Assembly: GCA_044892525.1 (NCBI GenBank)
Contig: CM097885.1
Span: forward strand, 9,116,001 to 9,180,000
DNA length: 64,000 nt
Reading direction: 5' to 3'
Source of the DNA: Schmidtea polychroa
Lineage: Eukaryota
This document shows, piece by piece, positions 26,047 to 40,333 of the stretch. The notes under the pieces were generated by a model. It worked only from the letters and a program-made list of their open reading frames with translations, ran no database searches and was not told where the DNA came from. Position 1 is the stretch's first letter; each line of letters begins with the position of its first letter. A program made the translations under genes and the position numbers.

Positions 26047-26924
26047 TATTCCTATTACATTTATAAATTTTTAACATTTAACAACATTCATAAATCTTAC
26101 TTATTATATTAATTATTTCCTCTGACGTTTACAATTTTAATATTTTTAATTTGTATTTTAATGTAGATAAACAAACAATTTATAAATATTTTATTTTAGC
26201 ATTGAGCGAAATTCGATATTTTATTAATGTTAATTTTCAGTGTTTATTTTAAATATTCATTTATTTTAAATCTTATAAAATTATTTAAATTAAATTTTTA
26301 TAACAAAAAGTAAAATTTTTATGGAAATTTAAAGAACATTTTTAAACGGAAAATACAAATTAAAAATAGATCAAAATATAAAAATAAACATTTTTCATAA
26401 AATATTATTGGGAAACACTAAACGGGTTGTTAATGTATTCAGAAATGTTTGGGTTTTGGTCTTTGAAATAATGATTTCGTTATGGTTATAAATATTGGGA
26501 ATGATCCACAATTGGATAAGGATATTTCACTGATCCAAATATTAGAATATAATTCACTCAGAAGATTTAATATAAATCTTGAATCAAGAATTTTATGAAA
26601 TAATTAAAATAAGTCAATCGGGATAATGAAAATTTGTAGTAAAACGAATAAATAAATAAAATAATTATTCGTGAAAATGTTAAAAATGCAAATATTTTGT
26701 CTTATTCAAATAAGTTTCGAATCAATAATTATGAAAAAATCAATTAAATATTTCATTATGAAATTATTAAAATATTTCAAATTTTTTCATGATAATTATA
26801 AATATAGACAAATACTCATCGATGACTCATCGTTTAAAATTTCTATTTATTGTTGTTGATAAAATCATTGAATCCGAAAATTAATGTGCAGAATGCAGTA
26901 ATAATTTTTTTGTATTCATTTTAA

Positions 26925-27330
26925 GCACTATCTCTACGGAAGAAGATTCACGCTATGGACAGATCACAAGGCGATCACGTTTATGATGACAACCAAAAAG
27001 CCAATTACTTCTCAATTCCAAACCTGGATCAATTATTTGAGCAGTTTGGATATAATCGTTGAAGGGTGTTAATCACCAAAATGCAGACATGGTGTCCAGA
27101 ACTAAATGTGAAACGTGTGTTCAATGTCAAATGGCTCACGAAGAATTTAAGAAAGGAAAGATAAAAACTAGATTACTAGACTCGATCAGAGAAGAAGGTA
27201 GGGGCACCAATCAACAAATAAATTTGGAAGAAGAATTACGAAAGAAAACGATGATACCTGAAAACGAGATACAAGAAACCATAAAGGAAATACATCGACT
27301 ATTGTGTCATGCTGGAGTCGAGAAGATAGA
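26925..27330 (+). mobile_element. Ty3/Gypsy pol fragment (RNase H end to integrase zinc-binding start)
   Basis: TDHKAITFM..FQTWINYLSSLDI, KGVNHQNADMVSR, IKEIHRLLCHAGVEK. Confidence 0.8.
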
Positions 27331-27344
27331 TGAGAATCCTAATA

Positions 27345-30300
27345 ATAGTAATAATAATTCAACAACTAGATACCAACAACAACCAAGTACTTAAAACTAG
27401 ATACCAAGTACCATGTGCTAACAACCAACAAAAAACTAGATACTAACAGATTAGTGTCAACCACTAGGAACTAACAACCCACCAGATACTTACAACCAAA
27501 TACTAACAACTATGTACTTCTAACAAACAGCTTTCCACTAGATACTATCTTGGTACTATTTACAATCAAACACCAAGTACCAACTATCAGCTGCTAAGAA
27601 TTTTTAACTAGGTACTAATAAATAAGTACCAAATACATACAACTAAGTACTTACAACCGGATACTTACTACCATGTACTTAAAACCATTTACCAACAACT
27701 AGGTACCAAGTACTAACAACCAACAACAAATTCAATCGAGAAATTAACAAATACCAACCTACAACTAGATTACAACAGCCAACAAACAACTAGATACCAA
27801 CAATATATCCTCACAAGCAACCAACTAAATACCAAATACAAAGTACTAACTCTCAAACATCTAGATACTTAAAACTTTCAACTAACTAAATATTCTTCAT
27901 TGTATTTTATCAAATACTTTGCAAATAAATAAAATTTTTTATTTGTGTTAGAATTCATAAATATTTTGAATTACAAACAGTAGAAAAAACCTTTCTAAGA
28001 AAAATGTATAAATTTATCAAAAATGATGATTTTCGTTAAAAAAATGAATAATTGTCAACTCAGCCACTTTAAAACACCACATGGAATTGAAAATAATTTA
28101 AATATTTTAAAATTACAACGAAAGACTATAGAATTATAATTTTTATTCACAAGAGATCTGCTTAACTTTTAATTGATTACTAACATACGTACTGATTTAT
28201 TATTGCAAAGTAAAAATTTCATGCTTATTCAATAAGTAGTCATTGTTAATTCGATTTATTATATATAGTCTGATTTTATCCGACAGGATGTTTTGTCCCC
28301 TATGGGTATTGGTCGTAAGGGTATTGGTCACACTCAACCCCTCCCAACCTACCCATTAACTAGATACTAAGGATCAGTTAACAATTAGATACCAACAACT
28401 AGCAACTAGATACCAACAATGTATTCAAATCATAATTAAAAAACAGCTTATTTTTCAAAAATTATTTAAATCAATATTTTAATTGAATATATTTTAATTA
28501 GAAAATGCAAATTAAAAATATTTCGAAGTCTAAAATAATTAAAAAATAAAAAAGTAAAAATTAAAAATATTTTACCATTAGTTTATTTGAAACGAAGAAA
28601 CATGAAGGAAAATGCGAAGAATTCAAATTCAATTCACTGAAAGAAAAATAGCAAAAAGATGCGAGAAATAAATAAAATGGAAGAGAAAGAAAAGTAATAA
28701 CCAGATACTCGGATGAAGTCATATCTACTGGTGGTAAGTCTGAAAACTTCAATAGCGCTTTACGCTTATTTAAAAAAAAAGCAGTTATAGCATGTATCAA
28801 ATGGCGAAATTTGGCCATGACGTAATGCCTTACATATCGGAGGTGGCCCTTCAATCCAAAAAAGTCGGGATTTTGGTCAGGAAGTGTAGAAGGCTATTAG
28901 CAACATGGTTACGATGTTCACAAGTTATATAAAAAATTCCACACAATCGAGAAGTGTCTAGTCTAGGTTCAAGGGATCACTTGTGATTTCTAGATCACAA
29001 TCTGAAAGCAGATACAGAAGATTATCGATTTTCGTGTCGGGATACACACGGACGGTTCACTGCTATCGCATCATCTATCTCAGGAACTCCTGCGGCAGTT
29101 CCGATCATCAAGAAGCCACGTAAAGCAAGGTCCAGTAAGTTTGAGTGATAGAAGATTAGAGAATTAGGAACGGATAAGAATGTCAAGCACGAGAAATGAT
29201 AAAACACCGAACAATGTTTTATTAAGTAGGGATAATGATCGATTTACTTTTGACAATGAAATCTTTACAGATAATTGGGATTGACTTCAACTTTAAATTA
29301 TATTTATCTTTATTTAGGCGGAGAATGACAAAAGTTGAAAAATATGGACCTAAAACATCGACAACTAAATAAAATTGATCTTTATTTGAAGAAATCTATC
29401 GATTGATTTTAATTAGTAAATAAATCGGTTGAATATCGATAAAATGATCATTTAAAGAAATATATTTGAAGAAATATATTTTATTGAATGGATAAATTTA
29501 ATCTTTCAATGTGACCTAGTCAGTTATATTTATTTTAAATTTCGAGTACAGTGATTAACAAAAATTTAATTATAACCAGTTTTATCATTAGATTTTATAA
29601 ATTATTTAGGGTTAATGACCAATTTATTTTACATGTTTTATAGGTAAATATTCGTGATAATATGAATTAAAGTTAGAATTATAGTCATTTAAAGGGGATT
29701 TTAAGCAATCTTATTAGTCTGAGGTAAATATATAACCTTTTAAGGATATATATCGATAAAATACTAATCTTTAAAGATAGAGTTATTTCAGGGAAATTTG
29801 ATGCTTTTTAGATGATTTTAGTGAATTATTTGTAATAATATGGATTAAGGGTAGAAATATAGTCATTTAAGAGATTTTAAGGAATCTTGTTAGTTTGAGG
29901 TGAATATATGATCTTTAACAAGTACTTATCGATAAGATACTAATCTTAAAAGATAGAGATGATTCTTTTTAGATGATTTTATTAGAGAATTCGCTTGAAT
30001 ATACCAATTATTGTCATTTAAATGAATTTTCTGGTTTGTTAGATGTTATCATTAGTTTTCTAGTCTCTCTTGAAATTTAATGATAATTATTTTTATTGTA
30101 GATTGACGACATTGATGATTGTAATGAATTCATATTGATTTTTTGAATATATTAAGCAATCAGTCAATCAATTTAAGTACATGTATTACTTTTACAAAAA
30201 TAATTAAAAATAATTTTATTTCAATTAATTTATTCAATCTAAATCAATTATCTACTAGATCTTATTTCAAAGATTTTTTATTAATTTATTATCTTAGTTG

Positions 30301-31753
30301 ATTCAATTTGAATGATCAAATATTTTTTTTATTTACTGGATGATTAATGATTAGAATTCATTCTTGTCCATTAATTACATTTTTATAATAATTATTTGGT
30401 ATATTTTGAATAATTTAAATTTTTACAAAAATTTAATCAATTTTTACCTAGTTATTGATGCCTTGAGTTCAATTAATGTTTCATCTAATTTGTCAAGTGA
30501 AGAGTATTTGCTTTTATAGATCTATTTGGTAATACATAGTTGTTGGTTGTTAGTAGTTAGTACTTGGTAGTTGGTATCTGATTGACTTTTTAGATTTTGA
30601 TAAGATATTGTATGTGATGAAGATTATTTTGTATTTAATTGCTATTATTTTAATTGTTGTTAGTTGATTGTTGGTACTTTATATCTGGTTGATAGTTTTT
30701 TGCTGATAGTCTTGGTATCTTGTTGTAAGTACTTAACTGATAGCGTTTGGTATATTGTTGTAAGTACTTGGTATCTAGTTGAAAATACGTGTTTATAGTT
30801 ACTGGTAGATGATATTAAGTTGTTGGTATCTTGTACTTGGTAGTTGGTGCGGTGTTGTTAGTATCTAGTTGTAGGTTGATATTTGTTAATTTCTCGATGG
30901 GTTTTGATGCTGGTTGTAAGTACTTGGTATCTAGTTGTTAGCTGGTTGTTAGTACTTAGTAGCTAGTTAATGGGTAGGTGTGGGGATTGAGAGTTAGCAA
31001 TATCCTTACGACCAGTACCCTTACGACTAATACCCTTACGAATAGTACCTTTACGACTAATACCCTTACGACCAGTACCCTTACGACCTGTACCCTTAGC
31101 TGGTTGTTAGTACTTAGTAGCTAGTTAATTGGTAGGTGGGGGGTTGAGTGTTAGCAATATCCTTACGACCAGTACCCTTACGACCAAAACCCCTACGACT
31201 AGTACCTTTACGAATAGTACCTTTACGACTAATACCCTTACGACTAGTACCCTCAGGGGGTCAAAACATCCTGTCGGATAAACTCAGAGTATATATAATA
31301 AAACTGATCAACAATAAGTATTTATTGAATGCGATTTTTACTTTGCAATAATAAGTCAGTAGTTATCATTTAAAAGAAGAATGTTTTGTAAATTAGAATT
31401 CATTAGTCTTTCATTGTAATTTAAATTATTTTGAATTTCACGTGGTGTTTTAAAGTGATTGAGTTGTGGTTTTTTGATGAAAATCAACATTTTTGTTAAA
31501 TTTAGACATTTTGAAAAGGTTTTTCTACTGATTGTAATTAAAATTATTATAGAAGCTGTATAAAAAATTAATTTAAAAAAAATACAATTCATAAAATACA
31601 ATAAAGAATATTTAGTTGATTGTAAGTAGTTAGTTGTAAGTATGTGGTTGTTTGAGAGTTAGTTAGTACGTGGTATCATGTTGAAAGTATTTGGTACTTA
31701 TTTGTTAGCACCTAGTTAAAAATATTTAGTAACCCATTGTTGGTAACTGTTGA

Positions 31754-31825
<72 letters not shown>

Positions 31826-33770
31826 TCATTAAAATTTTCATTAAAAATTAACTTAAAAAATTATTTCATTAAAATTTAATTTAAAAATTAACTTAAAAAA
31901 TTTTACATTTAAAATTAACTTAAAAATAGTTTCCATTTAAATTTTCATTAAAAATTACATTTCTCAAAAAAGTTGGTGGTTATTCAATCTTTTGATAATA
32001 AATTTAAAAATCTTAGTTTAATTTACTTATTACATTACTTATTTAAAAATTATTACTTTAATTTACTCATTTAGCTTTAATTTAAAATTTAAACCATAGT
32101 TTTCTTTAATTTAAAATTTTGAACCTTAATTTACTTATTTAAAATTTTTAACTTTAATTTACTTAACCTTAATTTACCTATTTATCCTTTATTACTTAAT
32201 TTTACACCATAATTTACTAAACAACTAATTATAACCCTTATTTTCATATTTAACTAATAATTTCATGTGGTCATTGATTAATTGACGAAGATTTGCATCT
32301 AAAATTAACATTGAAAATCCCAGAAAACTTTCATCCTAAATTGACTTTAACTTTAATATTTTAAATCATTGATTAGTTAATTTTAAAATTAAACATTAAT
32401 TTACCTATTTAACCAATAATTTCATGTGGTCATCTGGTTATAAGTACTTGGTATCTAGTTGACAGTGCTTAGTACTAGGTATCTTGTACTTGGTTGTTAG
32501 TACTTGGTTGATAATGCTTAGTACCTGGTTGTTAGTTGATTGTTGGTACTTGGTAGGTGGTAGCTAGTTGTTAGCTGGTTGTTTGAGAGTTAGTTAGTAC
32601 GTGGTAATTTGTAGCTAGTTGTTAGCTTGTTTTTTTAGTTGTTAGTACTTGGTAGGTGGTTGTAGGTACTTAGAAGTTGGTTGATAATGCTTAGTACCTG
32701 GTTGTTGACGGTTGTGAGTAGTTGGTATCTCGTACCTAGTTGGTTACTTGTTTATGGTTGTTAGTACTTGTTAGGTGGTTGTAGGTACTTAGTATCAGGT
32801 AACTGGTTGTTAGTAACTAGTTGTAGGTTGTAGGTACTTAGTAGTTGGTTGATGATGCTTAGTACCTGGTTGTTGACGGTCGTGAGTACTTGCTAGGTGG
32901 TAGCTAGTTGGTTGCATGTTTTTGGTTGTTAGTATCTAGTTGTAGGTATCTGGTTGTTAATACATGTTCGTAAGTTACTGGTTGTTGGTACTAAGTTGTT
33001 GGTTTGTTGTTGAATTATTATTAAAATTTGTCTTTGAAAAATATTTCAAAAAAATTTTCATTAAAAATTATCTTAAAAATTTCCATCTAAAATTATCATT
33101 GAAAATTATTTCATAAAAATTTTCATTAAAAAATTTCAATTCTCAAACACCTACTATTATTCCAACTTTTTTTTAATAAATTTAAAAATCTTACTTTAAT
33201 TTACTTATTACATTACTTATTTAAAAATTATTACTTTAATTTACTTATTCAACTTTAATTAAAAATATTTTACCATTGATTACTTAATTTAAAAATTTGG
33301 ACCTTAATTAACTTTAATTTAATTTTTTAGAACCTTTATTTAGTTATTTGAGCCCATTCATTACTTTAATTAAAAATTTGAACCATTATTTACTTTAATT
33401 TAAAAATTTGAAACTTAATTTACTTTAATTTAAAAATTTGAACCTTAATTTACTTAATTGAGCCCTTAATTAACTTTAATTTAAAAATTTGAACCATTAT
33501 TTACTTTAATTTAAAAATTTGAACCTTAATTAACTTATTTGAGCCCATTGATAACTTTTATTCAAAAATCTAAGCCAATAATTACTTTAATTCAAAAATA
33601 TGAACCTTAATTTACTTATTTGGACCATAATTTACTTTAATTCAAAAATCTTAGCCCATAATTTACTGTAATTCAATTTTTTAGACCCATAATTTGCTTT
33701 ATTTTAAAAAATTTACCACGTTTTTTAGTGTAGACCGCCTTTTTCTATTGAAATTCTCAGGACCAAGGAG
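27345..33770. repeat. Older, diverged and truncated relative of the giant element arm, with an internal fold-back
   Basis: 29210-33770 is colinear with 53530-58200; 27345-28400 is an inverted homolog of ~30700-31760. Confidence 0.8.
28268..31289. mobile_element. ~3-kb unit bounded by TA-flanked inverted (G/C)TCTGAGTTTATCCGACA ends with 15-bp subterminal repeats
   Basis: gtctgattttatccgacagg at 28268, cctgtcggataaactcagag ending 31289; cccttacgaccagta arrays at ~31003-31250. Confidence 0.55.
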
Positions 33771-34050
33771 ACGTAAATCCCGGTCCGATCCTGGTCCAAG
33801 GGAGCGACCTTCATCCAAACTACTCTCGTTCCACAGCACTATTTCGTTGCCATAATTGCCAAATCAATCATACGGGACTTTGCAAGATAGAAAAACCGAA
33901 AAAATATATATTGATACCGAAAAACACAGAATACATCATTACGAACAATGGATTAAAAACGTTCGGACAATTTGAGTCAGGTAGTATTATCAAAATTTAC
34001 AAGTTGAGTCGCAATCCAAAGGAAAATCGAGATCGACTGTAGATTATTTT

Positions 34051-34812
34051 CTAAGCAAAGTTTTCTCCGTCGGCGATTATCTCGTCGATGTCGACAGGTA
34101 ATCGACAATCCGAGAGGAATCTGATACCGTTGGCCGGAACAATACGGAAAACTTCTTTCGAGGGGATCGAATGAGTGGATGTTATTTCCGTTATTTTCGA
34201 CTGCGCCGCAAATAAGGACGCTTCGAGTGCCTTCATTGCATTCCTGCGTTTTGTGTTCTTCTCGGCCCTGGTCGGATGCTTGCGTTTACGAGGTGGCGGA
34301 ATTTCTCCTACAGTCGTGGTGATGGTAGGTGCCACAAGAATTGGAGCCAGAATTGGGTCAGAAAGACCGCCTTTCATCGGTAGATAGCCCGACAGCACCG
34401 GAGCTGGGATGGGCGGCAGATGCGAGCCGTGCCCTTGACAATTTGAAGTGGACGACGTTGATGGCTTGTGATGGAGAGGAAAAACGTTCGATCCATCCAA
34501 GACGGGATATTCGCGTACCCGCTTAGCTGATTCTGCCTCCGTGTAGACCTTGTGGAGGGCTTCGGACTGTGCCTTTATTGCGAGTCTTTGACAGCGGCTC
34601 TCCTCCAGGAGGCTGTCTCTGCAATGCTCTAACCTGAGGATCTTACTTCGTTCCTCTTTCATTTGTGGCGGGGAGAACCACGAGCCTTCATAAAGGTCTA
34701 TGCGCTTCTTTAGAGCCCCGATATATAAATGGAGTTGAGCGATGTCCGCGTTCTTGTCAGCACAAGAAAAACACGGTCGAAGTTCTTTAACCTTGTTGGA
34801 CGGTGTAGGCAT
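34051..34812 (-). CDS. Hypothetical 253-aa protein (coiled-coil-like, Pro-rich and basic segments)
   Basis: ATG-initiated open ORF in a visibly GC-richer island; no family recognised. Confidence 0.5.
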   Translation of the reverse strand: MPTPSNKVKELRPCFSCADKNADIAQLHLYIGALKKRIDLYEGSWFSPPQMKEERSKILRLEHCRDSLLEESRCQRLAIKAQSEALHKVYTEAESAKRVREYPVLDGSNVFPLHHKPSTSSTSNCQGHGSHLPPIPAPVLSGYLPMKGGLSDPILAPILVAPTITTTVGEIPPPRKRKHPTRAEKNTKRRNAMKALEASLFAAQSKITEITSTHSIPSKEVFRIVPANGIRFLSDCRLPVDIDEIIADGENFA

Positions 34813-37639
34813 CTAGAAAATTAATCATGTTTCATACGTAGCCGCAATACTTATTAACGTATTATTTGCAATTTAGAACCTAGACTCAAAGATTCCATTC
34901 ATCCTACCACCCAACCGCACATGCTAAAACGACTCATTTCACATATCCCGACGCTCCACATTCATTCGGTTATGAAACAACATTCCAGTCGATTTGTTCA
35001 TTCCTGATAATTGAGAGAAGAAAACGGGGGAAAATCTTCGAATTTAATTTACTCAGCATAAAAATTAACATTCATACTCGGGTCGGATAACCACCACCTA
35101 TTGCATTTTTAGTTAATTATTATCATCAATTTTGTCCTCTTTCGTAAAATAAAAAGAAATCTAAAATCCAATCTTTGGGATCGTGGTTTGTTGATTTGTA
35201 TCTACTTAATGTTACCGAGTCGAATGAGAGTTCATTTCTATTTATTGTGCACGGTTAATTCTGATTGACGTGAAAACTTTAAAATATATACTATCAGATA
35301 ATGCATCATAGATTAGACTATCACGCTTTTCAAAAATGTGCTGTATTTGTCGCCATAGTGACGCCTTCTCGTGGGTGTGTGTGTTATATTTAATTTTCGT
35401 TAAGTGGACTAGTATGTGCTGCTGCGTTAGTCAGAATTCAAACCTCTCGTGAGCTATCATCTATCTAGGTTGGACTAGGAAATTTAGTGCCTTGTTACTT
35501 TACTGTGACTCGTTCTACTGTTCTGAGCAATTATAAACATTATTATGCAAAAGTGATGTCATAGAATAGTCTTCTGGATTTATTCACCATTCTACTGGGA
35601 GGAATCTCACTATAGGTGTGCATGTAGGTGTGTATTTGTGAGACGCAGTAGATTTGAATTTTCATCAGACATTATATGGGTAACAGCCTGAGCCTGTGTG
35701 TGTCAACTTCAGAGAATAGCGATTGAATCAGAACTACTAAGCTAAGTTCTTATCACACTGTCGGCCAAAGACAACTATCACCCACGCATTAACCGAACAA
35801 GTGGTTTGTTATCATCTCTATTAGAGTTTTGTCGGTTACTCAATTCGGTTGGTTATCCTCTGACTGAAATTCATTCACCAATTTACTGATAACTCCTACA
35901 GCGGTTTCTCAATTCAATTAGCAATTAGTCGATAAGTCTGTCAGCGATTTCTTTCCTTTTTACCGTGAGTAATCTGATAACTTCTCCCGATTTATTTTTC
36001 CTCTTTTCAGAAAAGCGATGCTTATCAACTATTCAAAGTCAATAATCTAGCCTAAAAGTACATCGTAAGTGGGTTTTGGCGCTAACGCTCTGGCGATCTA
36101 AATCAGATGACGTCCCAAAAGGCATTATATTGCAGAAATTCGTTGGATTTATTCGTAAGTGATGATCGACAAGGTCCTCTTCCAATCACTCTAATCGACA
36201 AGCTGAGAATCAAGAAAATATTCCTCTGTCTATGTAGACTTTTCCTAATTAGTGCGAATGTAAATGTGATTCTCAAATCCGAATTGTCCCTTTTTGAAAA
36301 TCTAACACGTCTCAGGAATTATTGGAAAGTTCGATGTGACGGAATAATCGATGGAGCATCCTATGAACGATCGCGATCGGTGAAGGAAATTTTCACTTCC
36401 CAACTGAATTTTTCAAACTACTGAGTCTCTTCACCCCTCATGACACACCCAAGAAGGCATTCATTGCTGCCGCCATTCTTGCACCGTCATGAGGGACCAA
36501 TCGACTCTTTCATATTCAATAAAAGGATAATTTGCACATAATCACAAGCATATAAAAATTAGATGAATAAATAAAATTTACCCGGCGACCATATCGTTTG
36601 GGCTCCAAGTATGATGTCTCTTTTCCATACTATCACATATCCGGTCACAATATTAATGAACATCTCATTGATCATTATCGCATTCTACAAAATTCTAATT
36701 TCCTCTCAACTTCTTCTGGATGCATATCATGAAGATTTCTCGCGGCCGTGTTCTCCACCGTGGCCTACTCCTTGCTCGTCCACATCATACTTGAAACTCT
36801 CAGACAATACAGTCGTCGGCACCATGAAGAAAAACTATTTGCCTTTAAATAAATTTATTGCATTAAATTGTTCTTGTTATCTTCCTAAAAGTTTACTAAA
36901 TTGGTTCATAAATAACTCAGCATAAAATTTAACCATAATTAATGCAACATAAAATCAAACCGTAAACAACTCGACATACCTTGAGTTTTCGAAAACTGAA
37001 TTCAATCTGTAGAAGTCAAAGGTTGTCCTGAATCGTTGAGTTATTATAAATTTCTGCTTAGAGTTGCTTTAGTAGTTCGTTGGTCTAGTCTTCCGTAATA
37101 TACTTCAAGTATAGGTTCTGAAATTTGTAAAGTCTGCGATCGTGGATTAAAAGTGGTTTCTGTTAATCAATATCGTCCCTGTAATAGTTTGGTTAAAAGT
37201 GGTATTCTATTAATTTTTCGCGTTTCTTATATACTATTTCTCGTCCAATCAGGGCTCAGTTAGGTTGTAATTTTTAATATTTATTATTATTTTATGTTTT
37301 TATTATAATATATTAGCTTTTAATAACTTAACTTATTTCTTATTATAATTTTATTTATTTTTATTATTTTTATTATTTTTCTCCTATTTTTCCTGCTGAT
37401 TTATGGCTACTTTATTGCCATATGATTTTTTGTTTTAATTAGGCTTAAAGATATTTTTATTTTTATTTATTGCTTTAATTTCTCGTTTATTTTCTCTCAC
37501 TTTTTCGCTTATTCTATTTCTACTTTATCCGCTGGGTGTTTTAAATCCTTTCTCTTTTGTCTTCTTCCCAAATCTTGGGGGTTTTATTTATTTATTACTT
37601 ATTCTTATTTCTTTTTATGGGTATTTTATTGTTTCCTTA

Positions 37640-38381
37640 TTTACTGGGAATTCAGCCGCTGCTTTCGTATCACCACTTACTGCTTCTCCTGTAATGTTTA
37701 TGATGTGAGGATTATTTCGATGTTTAAATCTACTAGCAACGAAAGTTTCACTTATGTCACTTGCCTCAGCTTGATTGTAATTAACAATTCTTTTAGCTTT
37801 TTCTATTATGATAGATTAACTTAATGGCATATTGCGTTTATTTTCGTCTTCAATCCATATAGACAGTCGTTTTTCCATTTCCTCTATAATGTAATTTCTA
37901 GAAAGGGTAATTCTAGTTGCAGAGTTTGACGTAGTTGCAGTTGCCGATGACATTATTTTTTAATTAAGTTGTCTTTATTGTTAAAGTTGCCAAATTCCAT
38001 GCAGCACTAATTTGAGATTGACGTTCACCAGAATCTAATCTTCTAATCACTTGCATTTTAGTTTCCAGTGAAATGATTTTTCTGGTTGCTTTATTTTCTT
38101 ATTTTTCATTATCACCTATGATAAAAACTAAAGAGCATAATATTTGTCAATGTATTAATCGTTATAGTATTATATAAATTTATACTCACAATAATGTCAA
38201 CAAATGTTTCAAATAATAAAAATCCTCATGTAACACCGCACCAAACAAAAAACACAACTGTACTGTTTCGTGGCGAATCCCCATAGTTCTACGAGCAATT
38301 TCGAGGATTTCCTGCGTTGAAATAAAAGAGTGCTAAACCGAAACAGCGCTAAACGAAACAGCGTTAAGCGGCGTTTTACTG
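37640..38381 (-). mobile_element. Tigger/pogo transposon 5' fragment (CENP-B-type HTH pseudogene plus one TIR)
   Basis: RKIISLETKMQVIRRLDSGERQSQI..EMEKRLSIWIED..MPLS*SIIIEKAK..ITGEAVSGD..AAAEFP; minus-strand end TA|CAGTAAAACGCCGCTTAACG. Confidence 0.88.
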
Positions 38382-39156
38382 TATTCCTAGAATAATTTGA
38401 AAATCGAATATGAATTGATTTAATATTAAACTCAATGCAATTGGATCAAATGAATAACTGTGTAATATGAACAGCTACAATATAGTATGTTAACGGAATC
38501 GCAGATAATTCAACAGAAAGCACTGATTATTATCTCACATTTTCCAATTCTTTGAATCTTGTGAAATTCTGTGAAATGTTTAACATAGGAGTCCAAGGTA
38601 GACAGCAACGAGCAAGGGATTGGGTAAATCATAAATCATAGAAATGGCTGAATAGAAATCTGGAAATTTGACCAATAGAAAGAGAGAAACTAGCAAACTG
38701 CTGTAGAATCAATCAAATACAATTCATTAGGAAATTATTAATCAGTGAACTGTACCAGTAGGTAGACATGTCATCAGGACATTGATTTTTTCTTTTTTTT
38801 TATATAGGTCAATCAACTATAAACATGTCACCTCTAGGACACTATATAAAATAAGTAGGTCAAGCCAAAAATATGTAGGTCAACTCAAGAATTATATAGG
38901 TCAACTCAAAAATATATAGGTCAACTCAAAATTTTTGAATATGCATGACTTTCTCATGGTCTTTTACGAAATTTTCCTAAGTTTGTATGAAATTCAACCG
39001 ATTTTATCGATTTTTCACAAATTTTCTGTTTTTATGTATGTCAAGGTGAAATTTTATTTTTTAAAGGTTATATTGATCGATGGCTTATTTTAAAACCAGC
39101 TGCAAGACCTTTTTAATGAGCTGTAGATATCATTATTATCATTAGTAGTTTTAAAG

Positions 39157-39529
39157 GAGAACAGGATACTTCCCCCTTGGACATTTCACCCCTGTCATTC
39201 TTCCCTGGACATTTACCCCAAGGATATTCACCCCATGAAATTTAAAATAAAATATAATGATCAATATAATGAATGACAGAGGGGAAATGTCCAGGGGGAA
39301 ATATCCTGTTCCCAATAAAAATATATACCATTGCGACATTTTGAGTGTGTTATGTTACATTCAAAAGGCTGGGGGAAATGTCCAGGGGAGAATGATAAGG
39401 GGAAAATATCCTGGGGGAAATGTCCAGGGGAAAAGGTATGAGGGGAAAGGCTGGGGAGAAATTTCCAGAGAAGAATGACAGGGTGGAAATGTATGGGGGA
39501 AATGTCTAGGGGGACAATATCCTAGACTC
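39157..39529. mobile_element. MULE-like MITE
   Basis: Imperfect TIRs gagaacaggata..cccccttggacatt / aatgtctaggggg..tatcctagactc; internal ggggaaatgtccagggg repeats; TSD (g/t)ttttaaag, 8-9 bp. Confidence 0.75.
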
Positions 39530-40333
39530 TTTTTAAAGATATTAACAATTGATGACTAGTATCTTTTTCAAGGTCATATTATTATTTTTCAAGGTCATAT
39601 TATTATTTATTTAAGGTCATATTTTAAAATTTTAAATTTTCAGACTTCCCATCAATGGATTCTATTGATTGATGGTTCATTCGAAAGGTATTTGAGAGGT
39701 AAGTATGACGGTCAGACCGTCAAAGGCTATTTTTCAAACCTTATAAAATGTATATCAACACATGGTATACTCTGAGTTTATCTGACAACATATTTTGTCC
39801 CCATATGGGGATTGGTGGCAAGGGTACTGGTCACACTCAACATGTCACAAAAGTATATTATTATTACATTTATTATTTTTTCAAGGTCATATTTTCAAAA
39901 TTAATATTTTATGAGTTCACGACCATGGACTTTATTGAACAATAGCTCATTTTAAAGGTTGTTCAAAAGGCTTCACATGAAAATATTGTTAATAATAGTA
40001 TTATTATCACTAGTATATATTTTATATATTTTATCATCTTATGAGTACTACTCACACTGAACATGTTACAAGGATATATTAATTTAATAATAATAATACA
40101 GGGTTTCTCAAAAATTTTAATTCGTTTGTCAAATGTCTTAATCCATTTTTCAAAAGTCGTCATCATTTTTTCTAAAGTCTTAATCCATTTTTTCAACATT
40201 CTCACTAGCTTCAACGGAAACAATAAAAAAATATAAAATGTATTTTAATACTTCGATCAACTTTAAATCATTCACGCATACTATTTTACCATATAAATCG
40301 ATTGCAATTTACAAAGTATAAAAATTACAAAAA

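Noticed and set aside
36107..36925. 105-aa and 104-aa ORFs
   Set aside because: No recognisable motifs; their length is compatible with chance in the GC-richer island.
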